From contig JBHJOF010000052.1 of NCBI GenBank assembly GCA_050330055.1, positions 1 to 50,239 of the forward strand: a stretch of DNA of 50,239 nucleotides, in the 5' to 3' direction. This DNA is from Kiloniellales bacterium. GTDB lineage: Bacteria; Pseudomonadota; Alphaproteobacteria; Kiloniellales; JAKSDN01. Positions 19,776 through 32,186 of this stretch are shown here, one piece after another (position 1 is the first letter of the stretch; the number at the start of each line of letters is the position of its first letter). Under the pieces are notes generated by a model. That model made no database searches, was not told where the DNA came from, and worked only from the letters and a program-made list of their open reading frames with translations. Made by a program: the position numbers and the translations under genes.

Positions 19776-20885
19776 ATGAGCTACCTGGTGCTCGACCGCC
19801 TGACCAAGCGCTTCGGCCGCGAGACCCTGCTCGACGGCCTGTCGCTCGCCGTCGAGAAGGGCGAGACGGTGGCGATCTGCGGACCCTCTGGCTGCGGCAA
19901 GACTACCCTGCTGCGCCTCATCGTCGGCATCCACGATCCCGACCAGGGCGAGGTGCTGATCGACGGCAAGCCCGTGACCCACCTGGTGCCCGACGCGCGT
20001 GGCATCGGCATGGCCTTCCAGAACTTCGCGCTCTATCCGCACATGACGGCCTTCGAGAACATCGCCAGCCCCTTGCGCGCCCGCCACCTGGCGACAAGCG
20101 AGATAGAGGCGCGGGTGCACAAGGTGGCGCAGATCCTGAAGATCGACCACGTTCTGTCGCACCTGCCGCGCGAGCTGTCGAACGGCCAGAAGCAGCGCAC
20201 CGCGCTCTGTCGGGCGATCGTCGCCGATGCCTCGGTGCTGCTGCTCGACGACCCGCTGCGCAACGTCGACGCCAAGCTGCGCTACGAGATGCGCCACGAA
20301 CTGCCGCGCGTGCTGGCCGCCTTTCAGGCGACCGTGCTCTACGTCACCCAGGACTTCCGCGAGGCCATGGCGCTCGGCCAGCGCATCGGTGTGCTGCTGA
20401 ACGGCCGGTTCGTCCAGGTCGACCGGCCGGCCCAGGTCTATGCCGATCCGGAAAGCATCGAGGTCGCCCGCCTGTTCGGCGATCCCACCATCAATCTCTA
20501 CGACAGCCGGCTGGAGCAGGGCGCGGTTTCGCTGTTCGGCCATCGGGTGCCGCTCGCCAACGGCCATGGCGCGCTCAGCGGGCGCGACTGCGTGGTCGGC
20601 ATCCGGCCGGAGCACGTAAGGCTCAGCCATGAGGGCGGCAATGCCGCCATCCCGGTCACCTTGGAGGCGGTCACGCCGCTCAACCAGAACACCGTGCTGC
20701 TGCTGCATCCGACCGGCGGCGGCGAGCTCCTGGCCAGCGCGCCGATGCAGCGCGCCGACCGCCTGGCGGCCGGCCCGCGCCAGGTCTTCGCGGCGATCGA
20801 TCCGGGCGACCTCCTGCTCTTCGACCGGGCGAGCGGCGCCCGCATCCGCGTAGCAGGTGACGCAGAGGGCGGTCATCATGGCTGA
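19776..20885 (+). CDS. ABC ATP-binding subunit (MalK-like, degenerate catalytic residues)
   Basis: Walker A GPSGCGKTT, signature LSNGQ, Walker B LLLDDP, switch YVTQD. Confidence 0.9.
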   Translation: MSYLVLDRLTKRFGRETLLDGLSLAVEKGETVAICGPSGCGKTTLLRLIVGIHDPDQGEVLIDGKPVTHLVPDARGIGMAFQNFALYPHMTAFENIASPLRARHLATSEIEARVHKVAQILKIDHVLSHLPRELSNGQKQRTALCRAIVADASVLLLDDPLRNVDAKLRYEMRHELPRVLAAFQATVLYVTQDFREAMALGQRIGVLLNGRFVQVDRPAQVYADPESIEVARLFGDPTINLYDSRLEQGAVSLFGHRVPLANGHGALSGRDCVVGIRPEHVRLSHEGGNAAIPVTLEAVTPLNQNTVLLLHPTGGGELLASAPMQRADRLAAGPRQVFAAIDPGDLLLFDRASGARIRVAGDAEGGHHG

Positions 20886-22020
20886 GCTGTCGCTCGAGCA
20901 GGTGAGCAAGGTCTACAGGCCGCGCGGCCGGCCGCAGGTGCGCGCGGTCAGCAGCCTGACCATGCAGGTGCGCCACGGCGAGATCGTCGCCTTGCTCGGC
21001 TCCTCCGGCTGCGGCAAGACCTCGACCCTGCGCATGGTGGCCGGCTTCGAGTCGGTGACGGAGGGAACCGTTCGGCTCGGCGCGCGCGCGCTCAACGACC
21101 TGCGGCCGGCGCAGCGCAACGTGGCCATGGCCTTCGAAGGCTATTCGCTCTATCCGCCGCTCAGGCTGCGCGACAACATCGCCTTCGCGCTGCTGCGCGA
21201 CCGCATACCGCGGGCAACCGTCGAGGCCAGGGTGGCGGAGATCGCTGCGCTGCTGGAGCTGGAGCCGGCCCTGCAACGCTACCCCGGCACCATCTCCGCC
21301 GGGCTGCAGCAGCGCGCCTCGCTGGCCCGGGCGCTGATCCGCAGCGCCGACCTCTATCTGCTCGACGAGCCCATGTCGCAGCTCGAGCCGCAGATGCGCG
21401 CCATACTGCGCGCCCGCATCAAGGAGTGGCTGAAGGACCGCGCCATGACCGCGGTCATCGTGACCCACGACCAGACAGACGCCATGGCCCTGGCCGATCG
21501 CATCGCGGTCATGGAGGCGAGCGAGCTGATGCAGTACGGCACGCCGGCCGAGCTGCGCGAGCGGCCGGCCAACCTCTTCGTCGCCGGATTCATCGGCGAG
21601 CCGCCCATGAACCTCATGCCGGCTGCGGCCGCCGGCAGCGACGGCGGCTTGCGGATCGCGGCCGGCGAAGGCGCCCTCACCCTGCAGTTGCCGCAAGCGG
21701 CGGTTCAGGCGGCGAACGGTCTGGGCAGCAACGGCACAGGCGCGGGCAGCGGTATCAGCCTCGGCATCAACCCGCGCCACATCCGGATCGGCTCGGGCGC
21801 GCTGGCCGGTAAAGTCATCGCCAACCAATGGCTCGGCGACCAGACCCACGTAGCGTTGGAGGTCGGCGGCATGCCGATCATTGCCGTGGCCGAGGGGCAG
21901 GTGCCGGCCCGGCCGGGCGAGACCGTGCCCTTCGAGATCGCGCCGCAGGGCATCCACCTCTTCGAGGCCGAGCGGGGCCGCGCCCTGTTTCATGGCTCGA
22001 GCCTGGGGGAAGGGCCATGA
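20878..22020 (+). CDS. ABC ATP-binding subunit (MalK-like)
   Basis: Start ATG 20878; GSSGCGKTS, ISAGL signature variant, YLLDEP, VTHDQ and FVAGFIGEPPMN. Confidence 0.9.
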   Translation: MAELSLEQVSKVYRPRGRPQVRAVSSLTMQVRHGEIVALLGSSGCGKTSTLRMVAGFESVTEGTVRLGARALNDLRPAQRNVAMAFEGYSLYPPLRLRDNIAFALLRDRIPRATVEARVAEIAALLELEPALQRYPGTISAGLQQRASLARALIRSADLYLLDEPMSQLEPQMRAILRARIKEWLKDRAMTAVIVTHDQTDAMALADRIAVMEASELMQYGTPAELRERPANLFVAGFIGEPPMNLMPAAAAGSDGGLRIAAGEGALTLQLPQAAVQAANGLGSNGTGAGSGISLGINPRHIRIGSGALAGKVIANQWLGDQTHVALEVGGMPIIAVAEGQVPARPGETVPFEIAPQGIHLFEAERGRALFHGSSLGEGP

Positions 22021-23594
22021 GCCGCGACCTCATCGTCGGGCTGGATTCCGGCACCTCGGTTTCCAAGGCCGTGGCCTTCGACCTCGACGGCCGGCAACTC
22101 GCCGAGAGCGGCGAACCCAATCTCTACCGGCGCGACGCAAGCGGCACGGCCGTCGAGCAGGACATGGCCGAGACCTGGCAACGCGCCGCCCGCGTGCTCC
22201 GCGCGCTGGGCGACAAGATCGAGAACCTGAACGGCCGCATCGCCGCCCTGGCGGTTACGGGGCAGGGTGATGGCACCTGGCTGATCGATGCTGCGGGGGA
22301 GCCGGTGGCGCCGGCCTGGCTCTGGCTCGACAGCCGCGCGGCGCCGATCGTCGAGGAGTTCGCGGCCAACGGCGTGCGCGCGGCGGTCTTCCGCTTCACC
22401 GGCTGCGGCATGAACGCATCCAACCAGAGCGGCCACCTGGTCTGGCTGAAACGCGAAAGGCCCGAGATCCTGGAGCGGGCGGCGACGGCCCTGCATTGCA
22501 AGGACTGGCTCTACTACAAGCTGACCGGGACCAGAGCCACCGACATGAGCGAAGGCGTCTTCACCTTCGGCGACTTTCGCCGTCGGACCTATGCGGAAGA
22601 GGTGACCGACGCGCTCGGCCTCGCCGCGGAACGCCGCCTGCTGCCCGAGCTGGTGGACGGAACCCTGCGTCACGATTCCCTGACCGATGAGGCTTCCGCG
22701 GCGACCGGCCTGGTCGCCGGCACGCCGGTGGTGCTGGGCTACGTCGACGTGGTCTGCTCGGCGCTCGGCGGCGGGCTTTACACGCCGGACGGCGCAGCCG
22801 CGCTCACCATCGTCGGCAGCACCGGCATGCACATGACCCTGGCGCCGACCAGCGCCGTCGAGCTGGCGGCAGAGCCGAGCGGCTACACCATGGCCTTTCC
22901 CGTGCCTGGCATGACCAGCCGGATGCAGTCGAACATGGCCGGCACCCTCAACATCGACTGGATCGTCGGGCTCGCCTGTCAGGCAGTCGAGCGAGCCGGC
23001 CACCAGCCCTCGCGCCAGGCCATGCTGGCGGCGCTCGACGGCGCCGTGCTCGAGGCGGCTCCCGGCGCCGCGCTCTACCACCCCTACATCGACCGGGCCG
23101 GCGAGCGCGGGCCCTTCTTCGACGCCCGGGCGCGGGCCCAGTTCTTCGGCCTCAGCAACGCGGCCGGCCTGGGCGAGCTGGTGCGCGCGGTCTACGAGGG
23201 GCTCGGCTTTGCCGCGCGGGACTGCTACGGCGCCATGGGTTGCCGGCCGCGCGAGATCCGCGTGACCGGTGGCGCGGCGCGCAGCACCGCCCTGAAGCGC
23301 ATCCTGGCCAGCGTGATGCAGCACCCGGTGCGCGAATCCAATCGCGGCGAAGCGGGCGCAGCCGGCGCCGCCATGATCGCGGGCGTGGCGATCGGCGCCT
23401 TCGCCGACATGGACGAGGCCTGCCGCCGCTGGGTCGAGCCAACCCTGAGCGAGACCATCGCCCCCGACCCGGACCTGAAGCCGCTCTACGACGGCCTGTT
23501 CGATCTCTATCTCGAGCTGCGCCGCGCGGCGCCGCCGCACTGGGCACGCCTGGCGGAGACCAGGGCGAACGGCATGAGGATGGGCCAGGCATGA
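22017..23594 (+). CDS. eryA: FGGY-family carbohydrate kinase, erythritol kinase-like
   Basis: Start ATG 22017 overlaps the previous stop (ATGA). VGLDSGTS, TGQGDGTWL, CKDWLY, GSTGMHM and GERGPF motifs, in a polyol operon context. Confidence 0.8.
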   Translation: MSRDLIVGLDSGTSVSKAVAFDLDGRQLAESGEPNLYRRDASGTAVEQDMAETWQRAARVLRALGDKIENLNGRIAALAVTGQGDGTWLIDAAGEPVAPAWLWLDSRAAPIVEEFAANGVRAAVFRFTGCGMNASNQSGHLVWLKRERPEILERAATALHCKDWLYYKLTGTRATDMSEGVFTFGDFRRRTYAEEVTDALGLAAERRLLPELVDGTLRHDSLTDEASAATGLVAGTPVVLGYVDVVCSALGGGLYTPDGAAALTIVGSTGMHMTLAPTSAVELAAEPSGYTMAFPVPGMTSRMQSNMAGTLNIDWIVGLACQAVERAGHQPSRQAMLAALDGAVLEAAPGAALYHPYIDRAGERGPFFDARARAQFFGLSNAAGLGELVRAVYEGLGFAARDCYGAMGCRPREIRVTGGAARSTALKRILASVMQHPVRESNRGEAGAAGAAMIAGVAIGAFADMDEACRRWVEPTLSETIAPDPDLKPLYDGLFDLYLELRRAAPPHWARLAETRANGMRMGQA

Positions 23595-24634
23595 GCGCAC
23601 TGGAAACTGCCATCGTCGGCGACCGCTTCATGCGTCCTGACTTCTTCGTCCGAGCGTTGCAGGCGGTCGATGGATTGGACTTCTCGGCACGCGTGCTGGA
23701 ACAACCCTGGCCCGACGAGCCGATGCACCACGGCTATGCCGATCCGGCGCTGGACGGCCTCAAGGAGTTCCTGGGCGATCCCGATGAGATCGCCGCCTTC
23801 ATCGGCGACGCGCGGGTCTTCGTCACCCATCTGGCACCCATCTCCCGCGCCATGCTGGAACGTCTGCCGAAGCTGGAGCTGATCGCGGTCTCGCGCGGCG
23901 GGCCGGTCAATATCGACCGGGCGGCGGTACGCGAGCGCGGCATCAAGCTGGTCAATGCGCCCGGCCGCAACGCGGATGCCGTGGCCGAGTTCACCATCGG
24001 CGCGATCCTTGCCGAGACCCGCCTGATCCGGGCCGGCCACGAGGCGCTGCGCCGCGGCGAGTGGCGCGGCGACCTCTACCGCGCCGACCGCACCGGCCGC
24101 GAGCTCTGCGAGATGACCGTGGGGGTGATTGGCTACGGCTACATCGGCACGCGGGTGGTGCGGCTGCTCAAGGCCTTCGGCTGCCGCATCCTGGTCTGCG
24201 ATCCCTACGTGCAGCTCAGCAAGGCCGACCGCGACGACGGCGTGGTGCAGTGCGACCTGGACCATCTGCTGGAGGCCGGCGACGTGGTCACGCTGCATGC
24301 CCGGGTGACGCCGGAGACCACCGGCTTCCTCGGCGCTGCACAGTTCGCGCGCATGAAGCAGGGTGCGCTCTTCGTCAACACGGCGCGCGGCCCCATGGTC
24401 GACTACGACGCCCTGACCGAGGCGCTGGCCTCGGGCCATCTCGGCGCCGCCATGCTGGAGACCTTCGCCGTCGAGCCGGTACCGCCCGACTGGCCGTTGC
24501 TCAGGCTGGAGAACGTCACGCTGACGCCGCACATCGCCGGTGCCTCGCTGCGCACCGTAACGGTCGCCGCCGAGATGATCGCCGAGGAGGTGCGCCGGCA
24601 CGTCGTCGGCGAGCCGCCTCTGAACCCGGTCTGA
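23591..24634 (+). CDS. D-isomer-specific 2-hydroxyacid dehydrogenase family oxidoreductase (polyol-phosphate catabolism)
   Basis: SRGGPVNID, NAPGRNA, GYGYIG, FVNTARG and TPHIAG motifs; start ATG 23591. Confidence 0.88.
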   Translation: MSALETAIVGDRFMRPDFFVRALQAVDGLDFSARVLEQPWPDEPMHHGYADPALDGLKEFLGDPDEIAAFIGDARVFVTHLAPISRAMLERLPKLELIAVSRGGPVNIDRAAVRERGIKLVNAPGRNADAVAEFTIGAILAETRLIRAGHEALRRGEWRGDLYRADRTGRELCEMTVGVIGYGYIGTRVVRLLKAFGCRILVCDPYVQLSKADRDDGVVQCDLDHLLEAGDVVTLHARVTPETTGFLGAAQFARMKQGALFVNTARGPMVDYDALTEALASGHLGAAMLETFAVEPVPPDWPLLRLENVTLTPHIAGASLRTVTVAAEMIAEEVRRHVVGEPPLNPV

Positions 24635-24635
24635 C

Positions 24636-26162
24636 ATGGCCCGCGAGCCTGCGCTCTACGATCTTGCGGTGATCGGCGGCGGCATCAACGGCGCCGGCAT
24701 AGCCCGCGACGCCGCCGGGCGCGGCCTCAGCGTGTTGCTGTGCGAGAAAGGCGATCTGGCCGAGGGCACCTCGTCGCGCAGCGGCAAGCTGATCCACGGC
24801 GGCCTGCGCTACCTCGAGTACTACGAATTCCGGCTGGTCCGCGAGGCGCTGATCGAGCGCGAGGTGCTGCTTGGCATGGCGCCGCACATCATCTGGCCGC
24901 TGCGCTTCGTGCTGCCGCACAGCACCGAACAGCGTCCGGCCTGGCTGATCCGCCTCGGCCTGCTGCTGTACGATCATCTGGGCGGGCGCAAGCGCCTGCC
25001 GGGTACCCGCACGGTCGACCTGCGGCACGATCCCGTCGGGCGGCCGCTGCGCGACGACTTCCGGCGCGCCTTCGAGTACTCCGACTGCTGGGTCGACGAC
25101 GCGCGCCTGGTGGTGCTGAACGCGCTCGACGCGGCCGAGCGCGGCGCCAGCATCCTGCCTCGCACGGCTTGCATCGCCGCCCGGCGCGAGGATGGCGTCT
25201 GGCGGCTCGAGCTGCGCGATGGCGTCAGTGGCGAGACGCGCACGATGCGGGCCCGCGCGCTGGTCAACGCGGCCGGTCCCTGGGTCGAGCAGGTGATCGC
25301 CCATGTGGCCGGCGCCGACAGCAGCCGGCGGGTGCGCCTGGTCAAGGGCAGCCACATCGTGACCCGCAAATTTTGGGAGGGGCCGCAGGCCTATCTGCTG
25401 CAGAACGGCGACGGCCGGGTGATCTTCGTGAACCCCTATCTCAAGGACCTGGCGCTGATCGGCACCACCGACGTGCCTTACGACGGCCGGCCGGAAGACG
25501 TGGCGGCCGACGAGGCCGAGGTCGACTACCTGCTGGCCGTGGTGCGGCGCTACTTCCGCCAGGCGCCGGGCCCGCGCGACGTGATGGAGCGTTTCTCCGG
25601 CGTGCGCCCGCTCTACGACGACGCGGCCGAGAACCCCTCCGCCGTCACCCGCGACTACGTGCTCGAGCTGCAGCCGGCCGTGCCGGACGACACGCAGGCG
25701 CCGATGCTGTCGGTCTTCGGCGGCAAGATCACCACTTACCGCAAGCTGGCCGAGCAGGCGCTGGAGAGCCTGCGGCCCTTTCTGCCGCGGCTCGGCCCGG
25801 CCTGGAGCGGCGGCGCGCCTTTGCCGGGCGGCGACATCCCCGACGGCGACTTCGAGGCCTATCGTCTCGCGTTGGCGCGGCGCTGGGACTGGATGCCGGC
25901 TGCCCTGGTCGCCCACTATGCGCGGCTCTATGGCACCCGGGCCGAGGCGCTGGTCGGCGCTGCGCAACAGATGAGCGACCTAGGCCGCCACGCCGGCGGG
26001 CTGCTCTACGAGGCCGAGGTCGACTACCTGGTACGACGCGAATGGGCGCGCCGGCCGGACGACATTCTGCAGCGTCGCACCAAGCATGGCCTCATGCTCG
26101 GCGCCCCGGAGCGGGCGCGCCTGGCCGAGTGGATGCGCCCGGAGCGCCAGCGCGCGAGCTGA
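24636..26162 (+). CDS. eryB: FAD-dependent GlpD-family dehydrogenase, probable erythritol-phosphate dehydrogenase
   Basis: IGGGINGAG, TSSRSGKLIHGGLRYLEYYEF and GGKITTYRKLAE motifs. The eryB assignment comes from adjacency to the eryA-like kinase. Confidence 0.72.
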   Translation: MAREPALYDLAVIGGGINGAGIARDAAGRGLSVLLCEKGDLAEGTSSRSGKLIHGGLRYLEYYEFRLVREALIEREVLLGMAPHIIWPLRFVLPHSTEQRPAWLIRLGLLLYDHLGGRKRLPGTRTVDLRHDPVGRPLRDDFRRAFEYSDCWVDDARLVVLNALDAAERGASILPRTACIAARREDGVWRLELRDGVSGETRTMRARALVNAAGPWVEQVIAHVAGADSSRRVRLVKGSHIVTRKFWEGPQAYLLQNGDGRVIFVNPYLKDLALIGTTDVPYDGRPEDVAADEAEVDYLLAVVRRYFRQAPGPRDVMERFSGVRPLYDDAAENPSAVTRDYVLELQPAVPDDTQAPMLSVFGGKITTYRKLAEQALESLRPFLPRLGPAWSGGAPLPGGDIPDGDFEAYRLALARRWDWMPAALVAHYARLYGTRAEALVGAAQQMSDLGRHAGGLLYEAEVDYLVRREWARRPDDILQRRTKHGLMLGAPERARLAEWMRPERQRAS

Positions 26163-26227
26163 GTACTGGGCCGCTCGAGCCGGCGTCGCGCCCGTCGTCG
26201 CGCTGGTCGCCATGGTCGCCGACCTTA

Positions 26228-27211
26228 TCATCCGCGGCGGGTGCGCGCGCCAGAGCCTCGCCAGTCCGGAGAGCCGCTGAGCGCCCGAGCGGCGGTCGGA
26301 CTTTGCCTACCCTCTGTCAGCGAAGGCTGCTGACCCTCGATCGTGGCGCGCTCCTCCTGGAGCAGCTGGATAAGGGCGTCCATCACGGCGCGCCCCCGCG
26401 GCAGGCCGCGCAGGTCACGATGGACCAGCAGCCACTGGTCGGCGGTGACCTCCTCCAGCACGGGACCGAGGCGGCGCAGCGCCCGGTCGCTGTCGCCCAG
26501 GTAGCAGGGCAGCACGGTGATGCCGGCGCCGGCCCGGACCGCCTCCTGCAGCACCAGCCAGTCGTTCACCCGCACCCGGGCGCGCGCGCCCTCCAGGCGG
26601 TCGCGCAGCCAGCTCTGGCCGGGCATGTAGCTGTGGTCGTCATCGAAACCCAGCCAGGGCGCGGGGTAGTCCCGATCCGGGACGACGCTGCTGGGCGGCA
26701 GCTTGGCGTTGCCGTAGACCGCGTAAGCGACACGGCCGAGCCGTCGGGTGACGATGCTGGCGAGGTCCGGCACCTGCTCGCGGATCAAGAGGTCGGCCTC
26801 GCGGCGCGACAGGTTGGCCAGCATGTGGCTCGCCACCAGCTCGAGCTCGATGCACTGCATGTTGCGCCGCAGCCGCGGCAGGTGGCGCGCGATGAAAGCG
26901 GTCATGGCCTCGCCGGCCGAGAGCCGCACGGTGCCATGCGCCGTGTCGCTGAGGCCGGCGCTGCGCCGCTGGATCGACTCCGCCGCCTGCTCCATCGCCT
27001 GGGCATCGGCCAATAGCTCCTCGCCGGCGGCGGTCAGCACGAAGCGGTCGGGCAGGCGATCGAACAGCCGGGCCCCGAAAGCCTGCTCCAGCGCCTTGAT
27101 GCGCCGCGCGATGGTCGGGTGGCTGACCCCGAGCTGCCGGGCGGCCGCCGTCAGGTTGCCCTCACGCGCCAGCGTCAGGAACACGCGCAGGTCGTCCCAG
27201 TGCCAGGTCAT
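26228..27211 (-). CDS. LysR-family transcriptional regulator
   Basis: WDDLRVFL...NLTAAARQLGVSHPTIARRIKALE HTH plus substrate-binding domain. Divergent from the ABC transporter gene. Confidence 0.93.
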   Translation of the reverse strand: MTWHWDDLRVFLTLAREGNLTAAARQLGVSHPTIARRIKALEQAFGARLFDRLPDRFVLTAAGEELLADAQAMEQAAESIQRRSAGLSDTAHGTVRLSAGEAMTAFIARHLPRLRRNMQCIELELVASHMLANLSRREADLLIREQVPDLASIVTRRLGRVAYAVYGNAKLPPSSVVPDRDYPAPWLGFDDDHSYMPGQSWLRDRLEGARARVRVNDWLVLQEAVRAGAGITVLPCYLGDSDRALRRLGPVLEEVTADQWLLVHRDLRGLPRGRAVMDALIQLLQEERATIEGQQPSLTEGRQSPTAARALSGSPDWRGSGARTRRG

Positions 27212-27391
27212 GGTGCCGTTTCCTCGATCGTGCCCGCGCCGGGGCTCTGTACAGAAATGTACAGCTGGTGGCCGATATTGTCGACTGGCGAACGTGGGCG
27301 TTCAGGTTATTGTGACCTTCAGAGGCGCTGTCGGCGCGGTGGATTGGCCGCAACGGCGACAGGGCTCGGACCCGTAAGGCGGAGCAGGCGC

Positions 27392-30973
<3,582 letters not shown>

Positions 30974-30981
30974 GGCGGCTG

Positions 30982-31143
30982 CTAGAGCATATTCCGTTCA
31001 GTCGTATCACCGTGCAGGCCTTCATGCTTCGACAGACTCAGCATCAGGGGCATGTGCTGATCCAGCACAAGCCCACCTCACCCTGAGCTTGTCGAAGGGT
31101 GAGGAGAGCTACGCCGATTCAATCCGAACGGATTACGCTCTAG
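30982..31143. repeat. CTAG-ended RIME/MITE-like inverted repeat enclosing a second REP-like pair
   Basis: Left arm CTAGAGCATATTCCGTTCAGTCGTATC and right arm GATTCAATCCGAACGGATTACGCTCTAG are imperfect inverted repeats. Inside lie CTTCGACAGACTCAG (31027) and CTCACCCTGAGCTTGTCGAAGGGTGAG (31077). Confidence 0.75.
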
Positions 31144-31568
31144 TCGTCCGGCTCCATCACCGCGCAGAGCAGGCGGCCCTCGACCACACAGCTGAGCTCG
31201 ATGCGAGCCGCGGAGGCCGTGCGGAGGGGGAGGAGCGGCAGCTCGCCTCGGGTCTCCGACCAGTCGTCGTCGGCGCCGCAGAGGATGTTCTCGATCATCT
31301 GGCGCCGGCCGTCGTCGGCCAGGACGAAGAGCGCGCCGTCCGCCGGGTCGCGCTGCAGCACGAGGTTGAGCGCATCGCCGGCGGCGATGGCGTCCAGCGT
31401 CTCCGACATGAAGTGGGCCTTGATCATGACGCAGCGCAAGGCCTGCGCGCCGTCGTTGCGCAGCACGACGCGGAGCGTCTCTGAGCCGGCCGCCAGGGCC
31501 GCCGCTGGCCAGAGCAGGGCTGCGGACAAAACAGCGGCTAGAAGCTGAAGCCTCCTCTTCAACTCCAT
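31140..31568 (-). CDS. Hypothetical secreted protein (142 aa, 4 Cys)
   Basis: ATG 31568 gives MELKRRLQLLAAVLSAALLWPAAALA, a typical Sec signal peptide. The ORF fills an otherwise empty gap. Confidence 0.7.
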   Translation of the reverse strand: MELKRRLQLLAAVLSAALLWPAAALAAGSETLRVVLRNDGAQALRCVMIKAHFMSETLDAIAAGDALNLVLQRDPADGALFVLADDGRRQMIENILCGADDDWSETRGELPLLPLRTASAARIELSCVVEGRLLCAVMEPDD

Positions 31569-31640
31569 GGAACAAAAGGGAAAATTGAATGTGGGCCGGA
31601 AGCCATGGTAGGCTGCGCCAGGGCAGACAGGAGGCGGCGC

Positions 31641-32186
31641 ATGGCAACGCGAAAGACCCTCTTCATCAAGGAGATCATCGAGGCTGAGGGCGGCGGGCCG
31701 GCGCTGCGCCCGGTTTCGCGCGCCGCAGCCATCGCCATCATCGACAATCCCTTTGCCGGGCGATTCGTCGCGGATCTCTCCGAATTGATCGATCTCGGCA
31801 TGGCGCTGGGCGAGCGCCTCATGCCGAGGCTGGTCGGCCTGCTCGACGGCGCGCCGCTCGGCTACGGCAAGTCGGCGCTGGTCGGCGTTAACGGCGACCT
31901 CGAGCATGCAGCCGCCCTGCTTCATCCCAAGCTCTGCAAGCCGATGCGCGCCGCGGTCGGCGGCGGCGAGGCGATCATCCCCTCGACCACCAAGGTCGGC
32001 AGCGCCGGCATGGTGATCGACGTGCCGCTCGGCAACAAGGATAACGTCTGGTCCTTCGACGAGCTCGACACCATGAGCGTCTCGGTGTTCGACGCGCCGC
32101 GGCCGAACGAGATCATGATGGTCATGGCGGTCAGCGACGGCGGCCGGCCGCATCCGCGCATCGGCAAGGGCCGCGCCGTCACGTGA
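31641..32186 (+). CDS. Amino acid synthesis (AA_synth) family protein of unknown function
   Basis: GGAGG RBS; NPFAGRFV, YGKSALVGVNGDLEHAAALLH, IDVPL and DAPRPNEI...GGRPHPRIG motifs of this family. Confidence 0.85.
   Translation: MATRKTLFIKEIIEAEGGGPALRPVSRAAAIAIIDNPFAGRFVADLSELIDLGMALGERLMPRLVGLLDGAPLGYGKSALVGVNGDLEHAAALLHPKLCKPMRAAVGGGEAIIPSTTKVGSAGMVIDVPLGNKDNVWSFDELDTMSVSVFDAPRPNEIMMVMAVSDGGRPHPRIGKGRAVT

Noticed and set aside
24636-26162. Housekeeping glpD/glycerol utilisation call
   Set aside because: The neighbouring kinase is EryA-like rather than GlpK, and the transporter is polyol-type, so eryB-like is preferred.
24740-27016. 758-aa Arg/Ala/Pro-rich ORF and many similar overlapping ORFs
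   Set aside because: Alternative-frame artefacts over eryB and lysR in GC-rich DNA.
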